Of a stretch of 64,000 bases of DNA, positions 23,001-33,400 are shown one piece after another; position 1 is the stretch's first letter; every line of letters begins with the position of its first letter. Made by a program: the position numbers and the translations under genes. The notes below the pieces were generated by a model that saw only the letters and a program-made list of their open reading frames with translations, was not told the origin of the DNA and made no database searches. This stretch comes from Orbicella franksi (lineage: Eukaryota): the NCBI GenBank assembly GCA_964199315.1, contig OZ116699.1, positions 29,946,001 through 30,010,000 on the forward strand, in the 5' to 3' direction.

Positions 23001-23777
23001 GCCAGTGTGAAGCCCACAGTAACGGTGTCAACCATTCTGAAGTTTGGTCCTGGTGTAGCTCCTGACCCAACTAAGCCACTTCAAGACCATTTGAGGAAGA
23101 ACCTTGGGCGACTTTCAGCTCCTTTAAATCAGAAATCGCTTATTCAGTCTGTTAGGATAGTGCATCCAGGTATGGATTTTACTTTACATTTTCTACATAG
23201 ATATCGTTACTGCAAAATGATAGGTTTTGCATTCGCGATCGTTGACGTGGTTCTCATTATTTCCTAAGATGTTTATGTAAACACGTTAACACAATGCCTT
23301 TCAGATCATGACTGTCTGTAATAGCGATTTAACTCTTGATCTACCAGAAGTGGGCGGCAAGGGAAGAGTTCAGTGAAGGCTTTCTATTTTGAGAAAGGGG
23401 ACCGGGATTTTTGACGACGCTATCAAAATAATTTTGCAGAAGCAGGTGTATTTTGCATATAAGAAAATGTCTTTCTTACTTTAAGTCTAAGGCAAGTGTT
23501 GTTCGTTGCAGGCGTTCCACCAGCCGTATTGGGAACTTGCACCTCAAGCTGCCTCACAACCTGCGTCGTGTCTTGCAACCCATTCTGTTGTAACTCTAAA
23601 AAAAAGTATTTGAATCGGATGGCTATACAACCACCAAGACCTGTACAGCTACCGTGTATCCCTAGTGCTGACAACATTTGTCCGCCTCAGATGAATCCCC
23701 CTGTAAAGGCAACGAAAGTAACAGATCCTCCACAGCATATAATTCATCTGCCACCTCCGCAGATGCAACCACCATGA
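4993..23777 (+). CDS. Gene A: secreted SP-VWA-LamG-EGF-CAP-CTLD-SEA-CRD protein, C-terminally truncated duplicate of gene B (~1039 aa, 14 exons)
   Basis: Exons 4993-5068, 5463-6038, 6349-6812, 8247-8424, 8840-8959, 18195-18242, 19288-19725, 20040-20063, 20664-21050, 21450-21562, 22112-22170, 22289-22495, 23006-23169, 23512-23777. All introns GT-AG with compatible phases; 3120 nt, no internal stop. Confidence 0.75.
5463..6038 (+). CDS. Gene A von Willebrand factor A domain exon
   Basis: [12 protein letters not shown] (MIDAS DxSxS), [23 protein letters not shown]; phase 1-1. Confidence 0.92.
6349..8424 (+). CDS. Gene A LamG/concanavalin-A-like (pentraxin-type) domain, exons 6349-6812 and 8247-8424
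   Basis: [54 protein letters not shown]. Confidence 0.8.
8467..8763. mobile_element. MITE (attattccacgagcg...gatccagtttttaata); duplicate near 31115-31410
   Basis: Intronic and non-coding, with internal inverted segments (gagatggttgatagcc / ggctataaccatctc). Confidence 0.5.
8840..8959 (+). CDS. Gene A EGF-like domain exon
   Basis: [38 protein letters not shown]; six-Cys EGF spacing, phase 1-1. This frame is not in the ORF track. Confidence 0.9.
9280..11958 (+). pseudogene. LINE ORF2, 5' part: apurinic endonuclease and reverse transcriptase
   Basis: APE motifs LNARSL, ITETWL, RGGGV, YRPPS, GDFN, SDH. RT motifs [40 protein letters not shown]. Frameshift near 10430, in-frame TGA at 11165, frameshift near 11497. 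Confidence 0.92.
11959..11993 (+). repeat. 5' LTR, internally deleted to 35 bp
   Basis: TGTTA fused to the last ~30 bp of the 3' LTR sequence (one mismatch). Confidence 0.85.
11996..12013 (+). promoter_or_regulatory. Primer-binding site complementary to the 3' end of tRNA-Ser
   Basis: TGGCGACGAGGATGGGAT is the reverse complement of ATCCCATCCTCGTCGCCA, the 3' end of eukaryotic tRNA-Ser(GCU) as I recall it; starts 2 nt after the LTR. Confidence 0.8.
12091..15423 (+). CDS. Gypsy gag-pol polyprotein (gag with two Zn knuckles, protease, RT, RNase H, integrase N-part)
   Basis: [78 protein letters not shown]. The frame breaks after FTSETFMQ. Confidence 0.93.
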   Translation: MPDEAPNTSQTIGKVTKYVVGTDWESYTEQLDFCFLANGVGDAKTKKAVRLTNLPVETYQLAKDLVAPAQLKDEAITYDVIVERMKKQLKPERSALVARYEFDNRARNSGESVSHYVATLKHLATECKFGEAVRTERLRDRLVSGIRDPKMITDLLKVKLADLTFELAVQKCLAIEQANKDVQVLQGEQGPDIPVNKLDTAQPREGQAPPKLPQKTQGSRGKDTKPPKPCYRCTGSHKSQKCPFIKERCFHCGIIGHTQRACKKKQATQQVTVAGVNVMEGADSEESDGEYGELYHVSDSKNRKPISLEVYLEGRPVIMELDTGSAVSVVSEGVYKEYLRHVPLKDTPLKLRTYTGESVKPMRFCYVTVQYKGQSKELPIYVMKNEGPTLFGREWLESIQLDWPLLQLETSDTNPALEEVLNKHTSVFSDGLGRMKKIQARVQLKESARPRFWKARPVALARKPAVEEALRELEAEGVIKKVTTSEWAAPIVTPVKKDGSVRVCGDFKVTINPQLDVDEYPLPRIDDIYANLGGGTLFSVIDLRHAYLQMEVEEQSRPFLTINTTRGLYQYQRLPYGVASAPAIWQRAMDQVLEGLPGVFCYLDDIIVTGSTMEEHLERLVAVLKRLEEYGLKANREKCKLLRSFVEYLGHVISAEGLHQSPKKVKAITEMPTPQDVTQLRAFLGMVQYYARFLPDLATHLAPLHRLLQKEVKWSWGAEEEASFRVVKEMLLQDKVLVHYDPDLPLVLATDSSSYGLGAVLSHRTPEGEERPIAYASRSLSETEKKYSQIEKEALSLVWGVKKFQTYLEGRHFTLVTDHQPLKYIMDPGKAVPVTAAARIQRWCLFVGAFAYSIEFRGTKQHANCDGLSRLPQPRAPVDKPDEVEMFHTTVVEALPVTEQELRMQTRRDPVLSRVLELVQWGWQEAEVHPELIPYAHRASKITIHHGVLMWGSRVVVPTKLRERVLETLHEGHIGMVKMKGLSRGYVWWPNIDKDIEGAVRNCEGCQETANNPARAPLHRWEYPALPWQRLHVDFAGPFQGKMLMVAIHAHSKWPKIFVLENTTAEEAVSVLRSLFARMGLPDQIVSDNGPQFTSETFMQPLILALHNSC
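15404..15923 (+). pseudogene. Integrase C-terminal remainder in a shifted frame
   Basis: [47 protein letters not shown]. The core segment carrying the third DDE residue is deleted near 15390. Confidence 0.85.
16046..16060 (+). promoter_or_regulatory. Polypurine tract
   Basis: aaaaggggaggaaac immediately before the 3' LTR. Confidence 0.8.
16061..16213 (+). repeat. 3' LTR, 153 bp
   Basis: TGTT...AACA termini, internal AATAAA, followed by the TSD. Confidence 0.9.
16219..16721 (+). pseudogene. LINE ORF2, 3' part resumed after the Gypsy insertion
   Basis: RANRVLG|LVKRTC is rejoined across the insertion; [27 protein letters not shown]. Confidence 0.9.
17248..18190 (+). mobile_element. 3' fragment of an L2/Crack-type LINE interrupted by a MITE; duplicate near 32187-33130
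   Basis: Remnant [21 protein letters not shown], then an AT-rich 3' UTR ending aataaaattgttact. Confidence 0.6.
17628..18108. mobile_element. Tc1/mariner-type MITE (TA-CAGT...ACTG-TA); duplicate at 32567-33047
   Basis: TA target duplication, CAGTAGAATCTCT / AGAGGTTTGACTG TIRs, repeated cctctattaa(g/a)cggcc motifs. Confidence 0.75.
19288..19725 (+). CDS. Gene A CAP/SCP (GAPR1-like) domain exon, degenerate
   Basis: [51 protein letters not shown]. Confidence 0.85.
20664..21050 (+). CDS. Gene A C-type lectin domain exon
   Basis: [35 protein letters not shown]; phase 1-1. Confidence 0.9.
21450..23169 (+). CDS. Gene A SEA-like domain split by a Ser/Thr-rich exon (exons 21450-21562, 22112-22170, 22289-22495, 23006-23169)
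   Basis: [46 protein letters not shown] [ST-rich insert] VTVSTILKF. Matches the SEA pattern and the exon sizes of gene C. Confidence 0.65.
23512..23777 (+). CDS. Gene A terminal exon: minicollagen-type CRD plus shortened Pro-rich segment
   Basis: [18 protein letters not shown] at 23538-23591. In-frame deletion relative to gene B. TGA at 23775-23777. Confidence 0.75.
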
Positions 23778-24336
23778 CGTGGCTCCTTTATATCATTATA
23801 AAAGACAAAACATTCCATAGGCCATTTCCGAGTTACCATGTACCTCTGTTTCAAAACGAGTCCTCGTGCAAAACCTTTCATATGAAAATGACTTTGATTT
23901 GCATGAAAATGAACCTGCCTCAGAAATGGCCTATTGGAATGTCAAGAGAACTAAAACTATTTCTATTCATTATGTTTGCAGAAAAGACATGTAAAATGCA
24001 GTTCATGGGTTAAAAGTTAGTCCGCCGTTTAACGAGCTGTTATAAAAACCCAACGATCGAAGAATTGTGCATTTTGTTTATCTGTATTCTATTTACAGCA
24101 TTTAGTTTCCTTCACTAATTTTAGGATCTCAAGAACATTACAATATTTTACAGCTTGTGCTGATAGTTATTGCCTTCTATGTTTAGCAGTATTAAATCCG
24201 TTTTTCTTCTTGAAGAAAGTGTCGACTTCTGTGTCTGGATCATCATGTAAAATCTCTCTTGATTATTAATTCAAGAGCCCTAAAACTATAGTGTGTTATT
24301 TTTGTTATTTTCACTGTCCTATATTTTCAGTCTGGT

Positions 24337-24630
24337 GGAGGCATGGTGGCCTCATGGTTAGTGCGCTCGTCTCCGGATCGAGTGGTCCGGGTTCGAGTCC
24401 TAGCCAGGGACATTGTGTTCTTGGGCAAGATAATTTACTCTAGCAGTGCTTCTCTCCATCCAGGTGAACAAATGGGTACCGGCGAATTTAATGCTGGGGG
24501 TAACCCTGCGATGGAGTGGCATCTCATCCAGGGGGGAGTAGAAAAACTCCTAGTCGTTTCATGCTACGAAAACAGGGATAAGCTCTGGCCTGATGGGCCA
24601 CTCGGCGCGTTTAATTTGCAGACTTAGCCT
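24337..24630 (+). mobile_element. tRNA-derived SINE (copy B)
   Basis: Duplicate of 1648-1936. Confidence 0.8.
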
Positions 24631-27497
24631 ATATTTCCGGTGTAGTGACTGAAAAAGGAAAAAGAACTATTTGGTTAGGACTCACACTACATGATTTAAG
24701 AGATTCAGTCACGGGTATACGAGTAAGAACAATACAAACATAGCATAGGCAGCTCACAACACCGAAAAACGAGATGAGCAACCCAAAACTAGGTTAACCT
24801 GAGACAAAAGGGAAAACAAACATAGCCGGTCTTTAGAACCTGCATGGGCAGGGTACCATAAGTGTTGTTTAACAAATCCCCATGAACCACGAGAGTATTT
24901 TGTAGAACCCCTGGCTTGCTTAAAGTCAAAATAAAATTCAAAACAGTTCGTCCAGTAGACAAAGCCGGTTTGCCGTCAAAAACATAACGTTCAATGACTT
25001 TTTTTTATTTCAAAAGAGCTTAAATCTTACTAGATCGAGAAAGGACAAATTATGGGCACACCTCTAATTATCTGATTGTTCAGTTTTTTGATAGACCCTA
25101 AACTAAAAATAAACTTGTGGAATTGCAGGTTTCTAAAAATCAATTTTAAATAAACAATTCTTCGAATCTGAACTTCTTTTCCGTAGATAATGAATATATT
25201 TATGTACTACAATAAAGACTCAACTAATGGCTGTACTGTGCTAATAGCTAACCTTGGTGAGTACTTATGATGTACTGTAGCTGTAAGTTCTAACTCATTA
25301 GGGCCTTTCCGTTTGCAATCGGCTTGCTTCACAGGATTTAAAGACTTTACTTTATATAGGTCTTCATCGGTTTTGTTCTCGACATGCAGTAGACGTTGTT
25401 TTAATTCCAGTGAAATGACTTCATCCCTTGAATATTATCTCATTCAATTATAACGAAACGTTGCCTTAATCATTTCAGTTCAAATACTTTATTCTTGGCA
25501 TATAGAAACAACCACAAAAATGTTGTAGATATTATGATATTTCAAAAGATATTCTCCATGCCTAAAAATTTATCTGAAATACTTTTCAGTCTTGCTGAAG
25601 TCTGACCAATGCGCTTGCCAATCAACGCACAAACTGAAATTCTAGACTTCCTGGATTGAGTTTCTTTATAACATTTAAGAGTTATTTAAAATGCTTGCTG
25701 ACTGTCCACGATTTCTCTGTTCACGGTTCTTACATTGTGGTGCACCACCAATTTCTCCGTTAGGTAGACTATTACAAAGACGACCAGTTAGCAAAACAAT
25801 TTAATGGCCATCTTGACAAATTGATCGCTTAAAGCTTCATCCCACAGCTAACAGTATAGAGGTTTGAGTACTACTTGTAAGAGTATAATCAAAATGACAC
25901 AAGCACGCCTTCTGGTCCTGTTATTTCAGAAAGTACATCAAGTTCATTTTAACTTTTCTAAAAAAATTCATCGATTGATTGATTGATTCCTCGCCAATCT
26001 ACCTCATGCCAAATGGCACATGGTCTCATTCAGTTTAAATTTTCTTGTTTAATTTCATATTAGTGAATTTTGTATAGTCAGGAAGTCATCTCCTTACTTC
26101 GTTCCCCGAATGCAATTCAGTGCATGCCTTCATTACGAGTTATGTATGTATGGTTCTCATATAATCGCCCAGATCGTTTCGATCGTCGCGATCGTTTGCA
26201 ACCGCCGAGTTAATCAGAGGCGATCCAAGCGATTGGGAGCAATAAAGGGATTTTCATATAATCGCCCCAATCGTCTGGTATGAGTAAAGCGCGCGGTCAA
26301 GGCCTGGGCCTGATGGAACACTCTTTCGTTTCTTCAAGTAACGTCATCTTCTCTCTGCCTTGGGGACATCCAAACCAAACTTTTCTCCTATAGCTTTTTA
26401 AGAGTTAAACCTAATATATTTATTTTAATTTATAGTCATTTGAATACTTGCTGTATATAATCTCGTATTTTTGAACTTGTTCCATGAACAATGCCTGATT
26501 AAACTCAAATGTTTTAATGACCATGTTGGTTGTGAGGCCGTGTTGAGACCTGGATAATACTGATGCACCATGGGACAGTTTGGATCGCTTCGATCGTCTC
26601 CCGGTGAGAAAGTAGTTCTCATAAAATCGTTCACGATCGCTCCGGTCTGCGACCAATCGCCCGGATAGAACACGGACGATCCAAGCGATCGCGATCGCTC
26701 TAATCGCTACCAGCATTAACAATCATCTGTGTAAGACCACTTTTTGAAGTGACAGCGGTGATTGAAACGATCGGGGCCATAATATGAGAACCAGCCTTAA
26801 GCGTTCTCCTACGTCGTTAGCCTTGCGGCATTCGGCTGGCACGTGTCAGTGTTGGACATTTACACAGACTTGTTCTCTAGGACCTTGAGCTCATTGAACA
26901 TCGGCGAAGATTCTCAAGGTTTTAGTGAGTAAAAATTAGAAAAGTCAGGGAGATTATGGAAAGAAAACAGAAATGAGACTCAGCAGTCGTTTTTCACAAC
27001 AGAAATGTAATACTGGATCTTATTTAGGTGCTGCCGTACCGTGTGTTAACTTCCGTTCTAGCATCTCTCGCGCTTTCCACATTCCGGGTAGGATAAAAAA
27101 AAAAAAAAAAAAACTAACTAGCACTACTCTAAAAAACAAGGTCAGTTCACTGAAGAAAAGTTCACGCGCCATGTTTCAAGGTGGCCCAATCCTGAAATGT
27201 GATTATTTTCTGCCAAATGATGGGTTTCTATTTTTTTTATTTTTTATTTTTTTTCACAAAAATAGTTAAAGTTTTTGAAACGGTGGAAATGGTTAATTGA
27301 ATTATGCTCTGTCGGCCAACGTTTATTAAACGTCGTTTACTCGAATATTGTTTTAACGGGTTACTTGTGAAGTTCCACCGTACATTGAAAAAGAAAAACT
27401 GGATATTATCGGAGTAGTGACAATAGCAAATAGTTATTATTGTTAGCGAGGAGAGAAAACGTTTCAGTGGATGATTCTGGTTTTCTTTCAGACTGCA

Positions 27498-30400
27498 ATG
27501 GCGTCACTACACTTCTTGCTGTTTCTGCAGCTAGCCATTGCTGCTCTTTTCTTTCAACAGAGCAATGGTAAGTTCTCAAAAGATTCTAGAACCTTTCTGC
27601 AAAAGAACGAGAACAACAATGTTCAAGAATGGTTATTCAACCCAGGGTCCTTCTGGATACCAACCATGATGTTGAATGGGCCACCCTAGCTAAATAAAGG
27701 TTTTTCTCACTTACAGTTACCCAGTAAAACGAAAATAACGAATACGGTAGTTCATAAATAGCTGTGTCTCAATGGATAATGCTTATGGAGAAAAGTGAGT
27801 CACTCTTTTGCTTGCAGTATGATGTTCAGTCTACTCTCCTTATTGTTTTAATTAATAGTTACTCAAAAGAACTATTTCATACCATCCAACCGATCTAATC
27901 GTTGAAAATAGATTCGAACTTAGATAAAGACTTTCAACATCAATTAACTTTATTTTAACAGGAGCCTTCTGTAGACGATCGGTTGATATTGCCTTTGCAA
28001 TAGATGCCTCGGGCAGTGTGGGAAGTTGGGGATATTACCAAGAAAAGACCTTTGTACGCAATACCATCGCCAGATTCGGAATCTCGCGCTCAGGCACGCA
28101 CGCCGCGGTCATAGTTTACAGCACGGGTGCGCAGGTCGCGATATCGCTCACTCAGTACACCAGCTACTCGAGATTCTACTATGCCGTACAACGAATTCCT
28201 TACACTAGAGGACTGACAAGGATTGATTTAGCACTGAAAGTGGCAGCCGAACAAGTGTTTTCGGAAGATGGCGGTGTACGGAGTAATGTACCCAAAATAC
28301 TGGTGCTGATGACGGACGGTTTTCAAACTCGTACCAGGGATTCCTTACCGCTTGACAAGGCGGTGCTGCCTTTGAAAGCTCAAGGCGTGCAAGTGTACGC
28401 TTTGGCTATAGGGCAATACACCAAAGAATATGAATTGAGGTTAATCGTGGAGAAGTCATCACATATTTTTCGATCCAGCAGGTTTAGTGGTCTAAAGAGA
28501 GTGATAGGAAGATTGGCAGTAACCACATGTAGAAATGGTGAGTATGTACTGCAGTAAAAATCAAACCGTTCATGATTAATTTTCTGTCTTCTGACACGTG
28601 CGCTATTGAGATTAGTTACAAATTCATCACATGCTAGCTCGCACTTCGTTTTTTTTTTCTCAAACCGTTTACTTTTAACAAATTGTTTATATCGCTCCTT
28701 GTTTCTGGATCGTTGCCATAGTTCTTCCCATACTTATTTAATTCAAATCTCAAATGCAAAAGACCAAAAAAGTAAAATATTCCTATGTTAGTTAAATCCG
28801 TTTTAGTTACGACGAGATTAACGCCAATTTTTTTTCTTCCAACTTACAGCTCTCCCTGTGGCATTTGCGATCTATCCACTGAACACGCAAACCCGGGGAA
28901 GGGACATCAGCGCACGAAGAGCCCCCACGGGGTATTTAAGTTCAGTAACCAGTGCAATGGGGCCGTATGGGAGACCTGGGGGATCTTTTTATCTACAAGG
29001 AACACCCAACAGCTACATCGACTTCCCTAATTCAGCTACAGGAAAACTTGACACGTGGACGTCAATTTCTATATTTTTATGGGTTTATCCCGAGGAAAAA
29101 CCCGGCCCGATCGTCAACTATCGAAAAAGCGGGCACGGTCTTGGTCTTTGGCTGTCAGGCACGCGTGTGCTTGAGGGTCGTGTTTACAGTCGTCGAAGTT
29201 ACTACAGAAGAAAACTGCACTTTACTCATTTCGTGCCAAGAAGATGGTATTATGTGGGTCTCATATACGATAACACCCACGGATATGCAACCTTGTGGGT
29301 CAACGGACGGGTGGTAGGATGATTTCCATTGTACATATTTGAACAATGTATAAATATCATTAATAACTCCCTATTTAAACTATGGTTCATGTGCATGAGG
29401 TTACTGCTCCCAAACACATTTAAAACGATAGCTAGTGTGACAAAAACGCGCATTGCGCTTAATTTTCTTCGCGAGAACACCAGAGAACAGGCAGTTCCCG
29501 TATTTCTTAAGGCCAATTGCCTTCCAGTGTTATTCTTGTTTTTCCACCAGTTTTACTACTTGATGTATGATGAGCACAAAAAAAGCCTGGATTAAATTAA
29601 ATTCAGTACAATGCATAACTAACTATAACACCAGATCATCCACGAATAAGCGCTTCTATGTAAAATTTTCAAGAACAGAGGAAACGATAAAATCCTTTAA
29701 AAGGATATCCTTTATGCATCAGATAAGCAAATTTTACCCCAAGCTTCGCTATTAAGGCGGGACGTAACCTAAAATTCTGAAAGAAATTCGAAGTTTTGTT
29801 ATTCACGGAACTCGAACCTTAAGGTATTGAAATATTATTTTGACAAGTACCGTTACTTTAAGTTTAAAGCTCGTTTTCTCAAAACGAGTTATTTTCGCCT
29901 TCGAGAAAAGATATCTTGAGAAGGATTTATTCAATTGAGCTAAAATTTTCAGGATTTGTTGTTCTTAGTGCGTTCTGTGGGATAAGCATAGAACTTTTCC
30001 ATGCAGTGCATTCTGTCGAAGTTATGTATTGAAACGTATGCTAGATTTTCTGTGAGATTTAACTGGTCATCACTTCGTGCATTTTTAACTTTTCAAAAAT
30101 CTCTATGCTTATCCCAGGAAGCTATTTGTTTTCTTTTATAAAATGTAAAAAATTATTCCTTTTGATCAGTTCTTGTAGGAGTTATCTTTTCTCAAGTAAG
30201 CCCTGGCATTCCTCAGCAGGTGGCAATATTAATCAGCGGGTGTCAGGTTACAATACAGTTATAGGGTACAGAAATACTTTTTCCATAATTTTTGGTCTTT
30301 AAGCTTTTTAAAAATGTATACTTTGCCATGGTTTGGAGTTAAATCTTAGCCGCGAGAAAGTGTTTAAAACATGGTGTTGTTTCAAGTCCCACCTTAAAAT

Positions 30401-33400
30401 GCAAATTAAAAATTGTGTCCTGGACAAATTCAGAAAGCAGCAAAGATGAAAAGAATACCCTCGTGAAAACAACGCAATGGTGCCTGAGGTTTGAGAAAAT
30501 TTCTCGTAAACGAGGCTTGGTGGTGAAGTTTAAGCATGTGACGTAATCGTGCATAAGACTTATTCACTGGTAATTAAGCTTTAATTAAAACGTCATAATA
30601 AAGCGAATTCAAAACAAGGAAAGCTAGAGTGGGGATTACATCCGGAGGGGCTTATAACCGGATGTATTTTTTGGTTTAGCGGTAGATGGGTTCATAAGCG
30701 GGGGCCTTATAAGTGGGGCGGGGGGGGGGGGGAAGGGCTTATAGGCGACAGTTTACGGAGTTTATTAACAATAGGTTTAGAGACAGACAAAAATTACTTT
30801 ACGAGATTATCTGAATACTAACTAGTAGCTCTGATTTTCAAAGAATTCCAGCAAGTTTTGACATTTTCTTTTGCATTTATTTGATGTTTCAGGTTTTTCG
30901 CACAAGAATGAGCCGAATACACCTGGCTACCCAGCATTCCATTCGAATGGGTGCCGTGAGTGGTGTTAATCAGTATTTTAGAGGTCGGGTCACGTGCCTG
31001 CAAATATATGGAATGATGTTGACCTCCAATCAGATAGCGACCATAAAGAAGAAGTGTGCTGCTAGGGACCGTAAGTGGCTTAATGTAATCTCTATGCAAT
31101 CAGTGTATTTAACAATTATTCCACGAGCGTGCGTTAGATAAGAGATGGTTGATAGCCGACGAGGCGGGAAGCATCGAGTTGGCTATAACCATCTCATATC
31201 CAACAAGAGTGAGTGGAATAATTTTTTTAATTAAAAACGCCCCTAAAATGTAGAAACAAATTAAAATAAAAATAAAAGCGCCCCAAGGAATCACGCGTAC
31301 GCTAACCATTTGTGTAGAGCAAGGTATAATGGCTCATATACCATGCTGGCTAAGCCATTGAAAACTCTTGAACTGCATTATCCAATGATCCAGTTTTTAA
31401 TATAATAATGTATTGTTAAATTGCATTCCTTTGAGTAACCATTTTCTCTTCCTCTTATATCAAGACTTTTTTTTGTATAATTTCAGAGAAAGATCCTTGT
31501 CTTTCCAGCCCATGTAAAAATGGCGGAAGCTGTATCGTCGCTTCAAAAGATAAAACTGGTTATCGTTGTCGCTGTAAACCTGGTTATCGTGGGCATAGAT
31601 GTGAAGGTAATAAATAAATAAATCAATGAATCAATCAATAAATAAATAAACAAATAAATTTTAATTCGTTTTCTCTGTCACTTCTGGTTAAAGAAATTAT
31701 CCTTGTGGCTGCTGAAAAAAAAGCAGCCTGCTAATTGCAATTGCAAGGATAGTATTAATCACTTTAAACTCTCTATCCGCTGTCCATTACTTATTATGTG
31801 GCTTGTGTTTGTAGCCGATATAACGTGCGCTCTGATTAGCCAATTCTAGAGCATTTTTCTCTCGTGATGTCCACGAGCCGATAACGGGCCTGCAAAAGCA
31901 AAGCAAAAAGCCATATAACAAACAACTTGTTAACCTCGATTGTTCGGTAAAGATCTCAATCCTTGGCCTTGCCGTATTGACCTCGCTATTGTTTGGGCAA
32001 TAAGGCAAGGCGGTCTCACTCACGGTACGGTTAACAAGTAGTTATTAATATCGCCGTAATTTGCCCGTTCCTCGTTTGTTATTCTCTTTACTGTAAGGCA
32101 AAATTAAATTTGGATTGGCGTATTAAACTTAGTTTAATTAAGATTAATTTATCAGGCTATTTTACTATTGCTGGAGCTGGAGTTTAATATTTAGGCGCAT
32201 AAAAAACGAAAAAGACTGTCCAAGGTATATTACGAACCTATTACCTAGAAATGCAGATAACAGGAGTGTCACCAGAGCTAACCGCTATGGAATGTGTAAT
32301 TTGGTGTGTCCACGTTATAATAGGGAAACTGAAGGGAGGGGGAGTACTTTTCAAGTTCGTGGGTTTAAGCTTTGGAATGCGATTCACTCGATAAGAAAGA
32401 CACCGTTGACGCCTTTAAAACTGCTCTTAAAAAATACTTTTTAGCCTAGTTTCTACGCTACGTGTATAAATGTCTTTTCATCAGAGAATTCTGATGTATA
32501 TACTTTCTCTCATTTTCTAGTATTTTACATTTTTAATTTGCTGTATTTGTCTTAGTATTATTATTACAATAGAATCTCTATTAAGCGCCCCCCTATTAAG
32601 GGGCTAACTTTTATTTGGCGGCCAGCGGCCAAAGTCCCAGACAAATTGTCAGCTATACACTGTAATAAAAACCTCTAGTCAACGGCCACCTCTATTAAGC
32701 GGGCGACCAGCTCTTGCCGTCCCAAGCGTGATTTTGTTTTCTTCTATACCTCTATTAAACGGCCAGGAAGATTTGAAGTAGGACATTTTTAGCCAGATAA
32801 ATCTAAAAGTATGACAATGTGGAAAAGTGATCGTTTCTTTGGCTTTTGTTGAAGTTATGGACCGTATTATAACCATCATTGTTCTACTTTTTCTCCACTT
32901 GCATTTGTTTGTACTTATATATTTGATAAAGTGAAAACTGAACCACGCCCAAAGTTGTTTTCGGGTGAACGTCTATTAAACGGCCACCTCTATTAAGCGG
33001 CCAGTTGTCTCGTCCCCGAGAGTGGCCGCTTAACAGAGGTTTGACTGTATTTGTAATTTAGATTGAGGGCCACTGGTTTATCAGTTTTTACTGTCGTGTG
33101 CTACCCTCAAAAAATAAAAATTGTTACTTTACAGGAATACCTACAACAAGACCAACGGGAAGACCTACCACTAGATTAACAGGTAACCATTCCTTATCTT
33201 TAATTTTCTTCTTTTATATGAAAGCAACAGGCTAGAATAGATACAATGGAAACGAAAAAACCTGTTAAGGTAACGGACAACAGTTCTTCCAATAACCATG
33301 TGTTACTGTGGATAATAAGTACTGCTGCTCCTCGTGGTTCCGGGAGACGTTGAATGAATGACAAACCCGATACGTGTTATCGAACGTCAACTAACAAGTT

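Larger units (their letters stand above)
1086..23774 (+). repeat. Tandem segmental duplication, copy A (includes the 7.7-kb LINE/Gypsy insertion)
   Basis: Colinear near-identity with 23775-39102 along the whole length. The junction at 23775 joins Pro-rich exon sequence (ccacca-tg) to the sequence at 1086 (tg-acgtggctcc). Confidence 0.95.
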
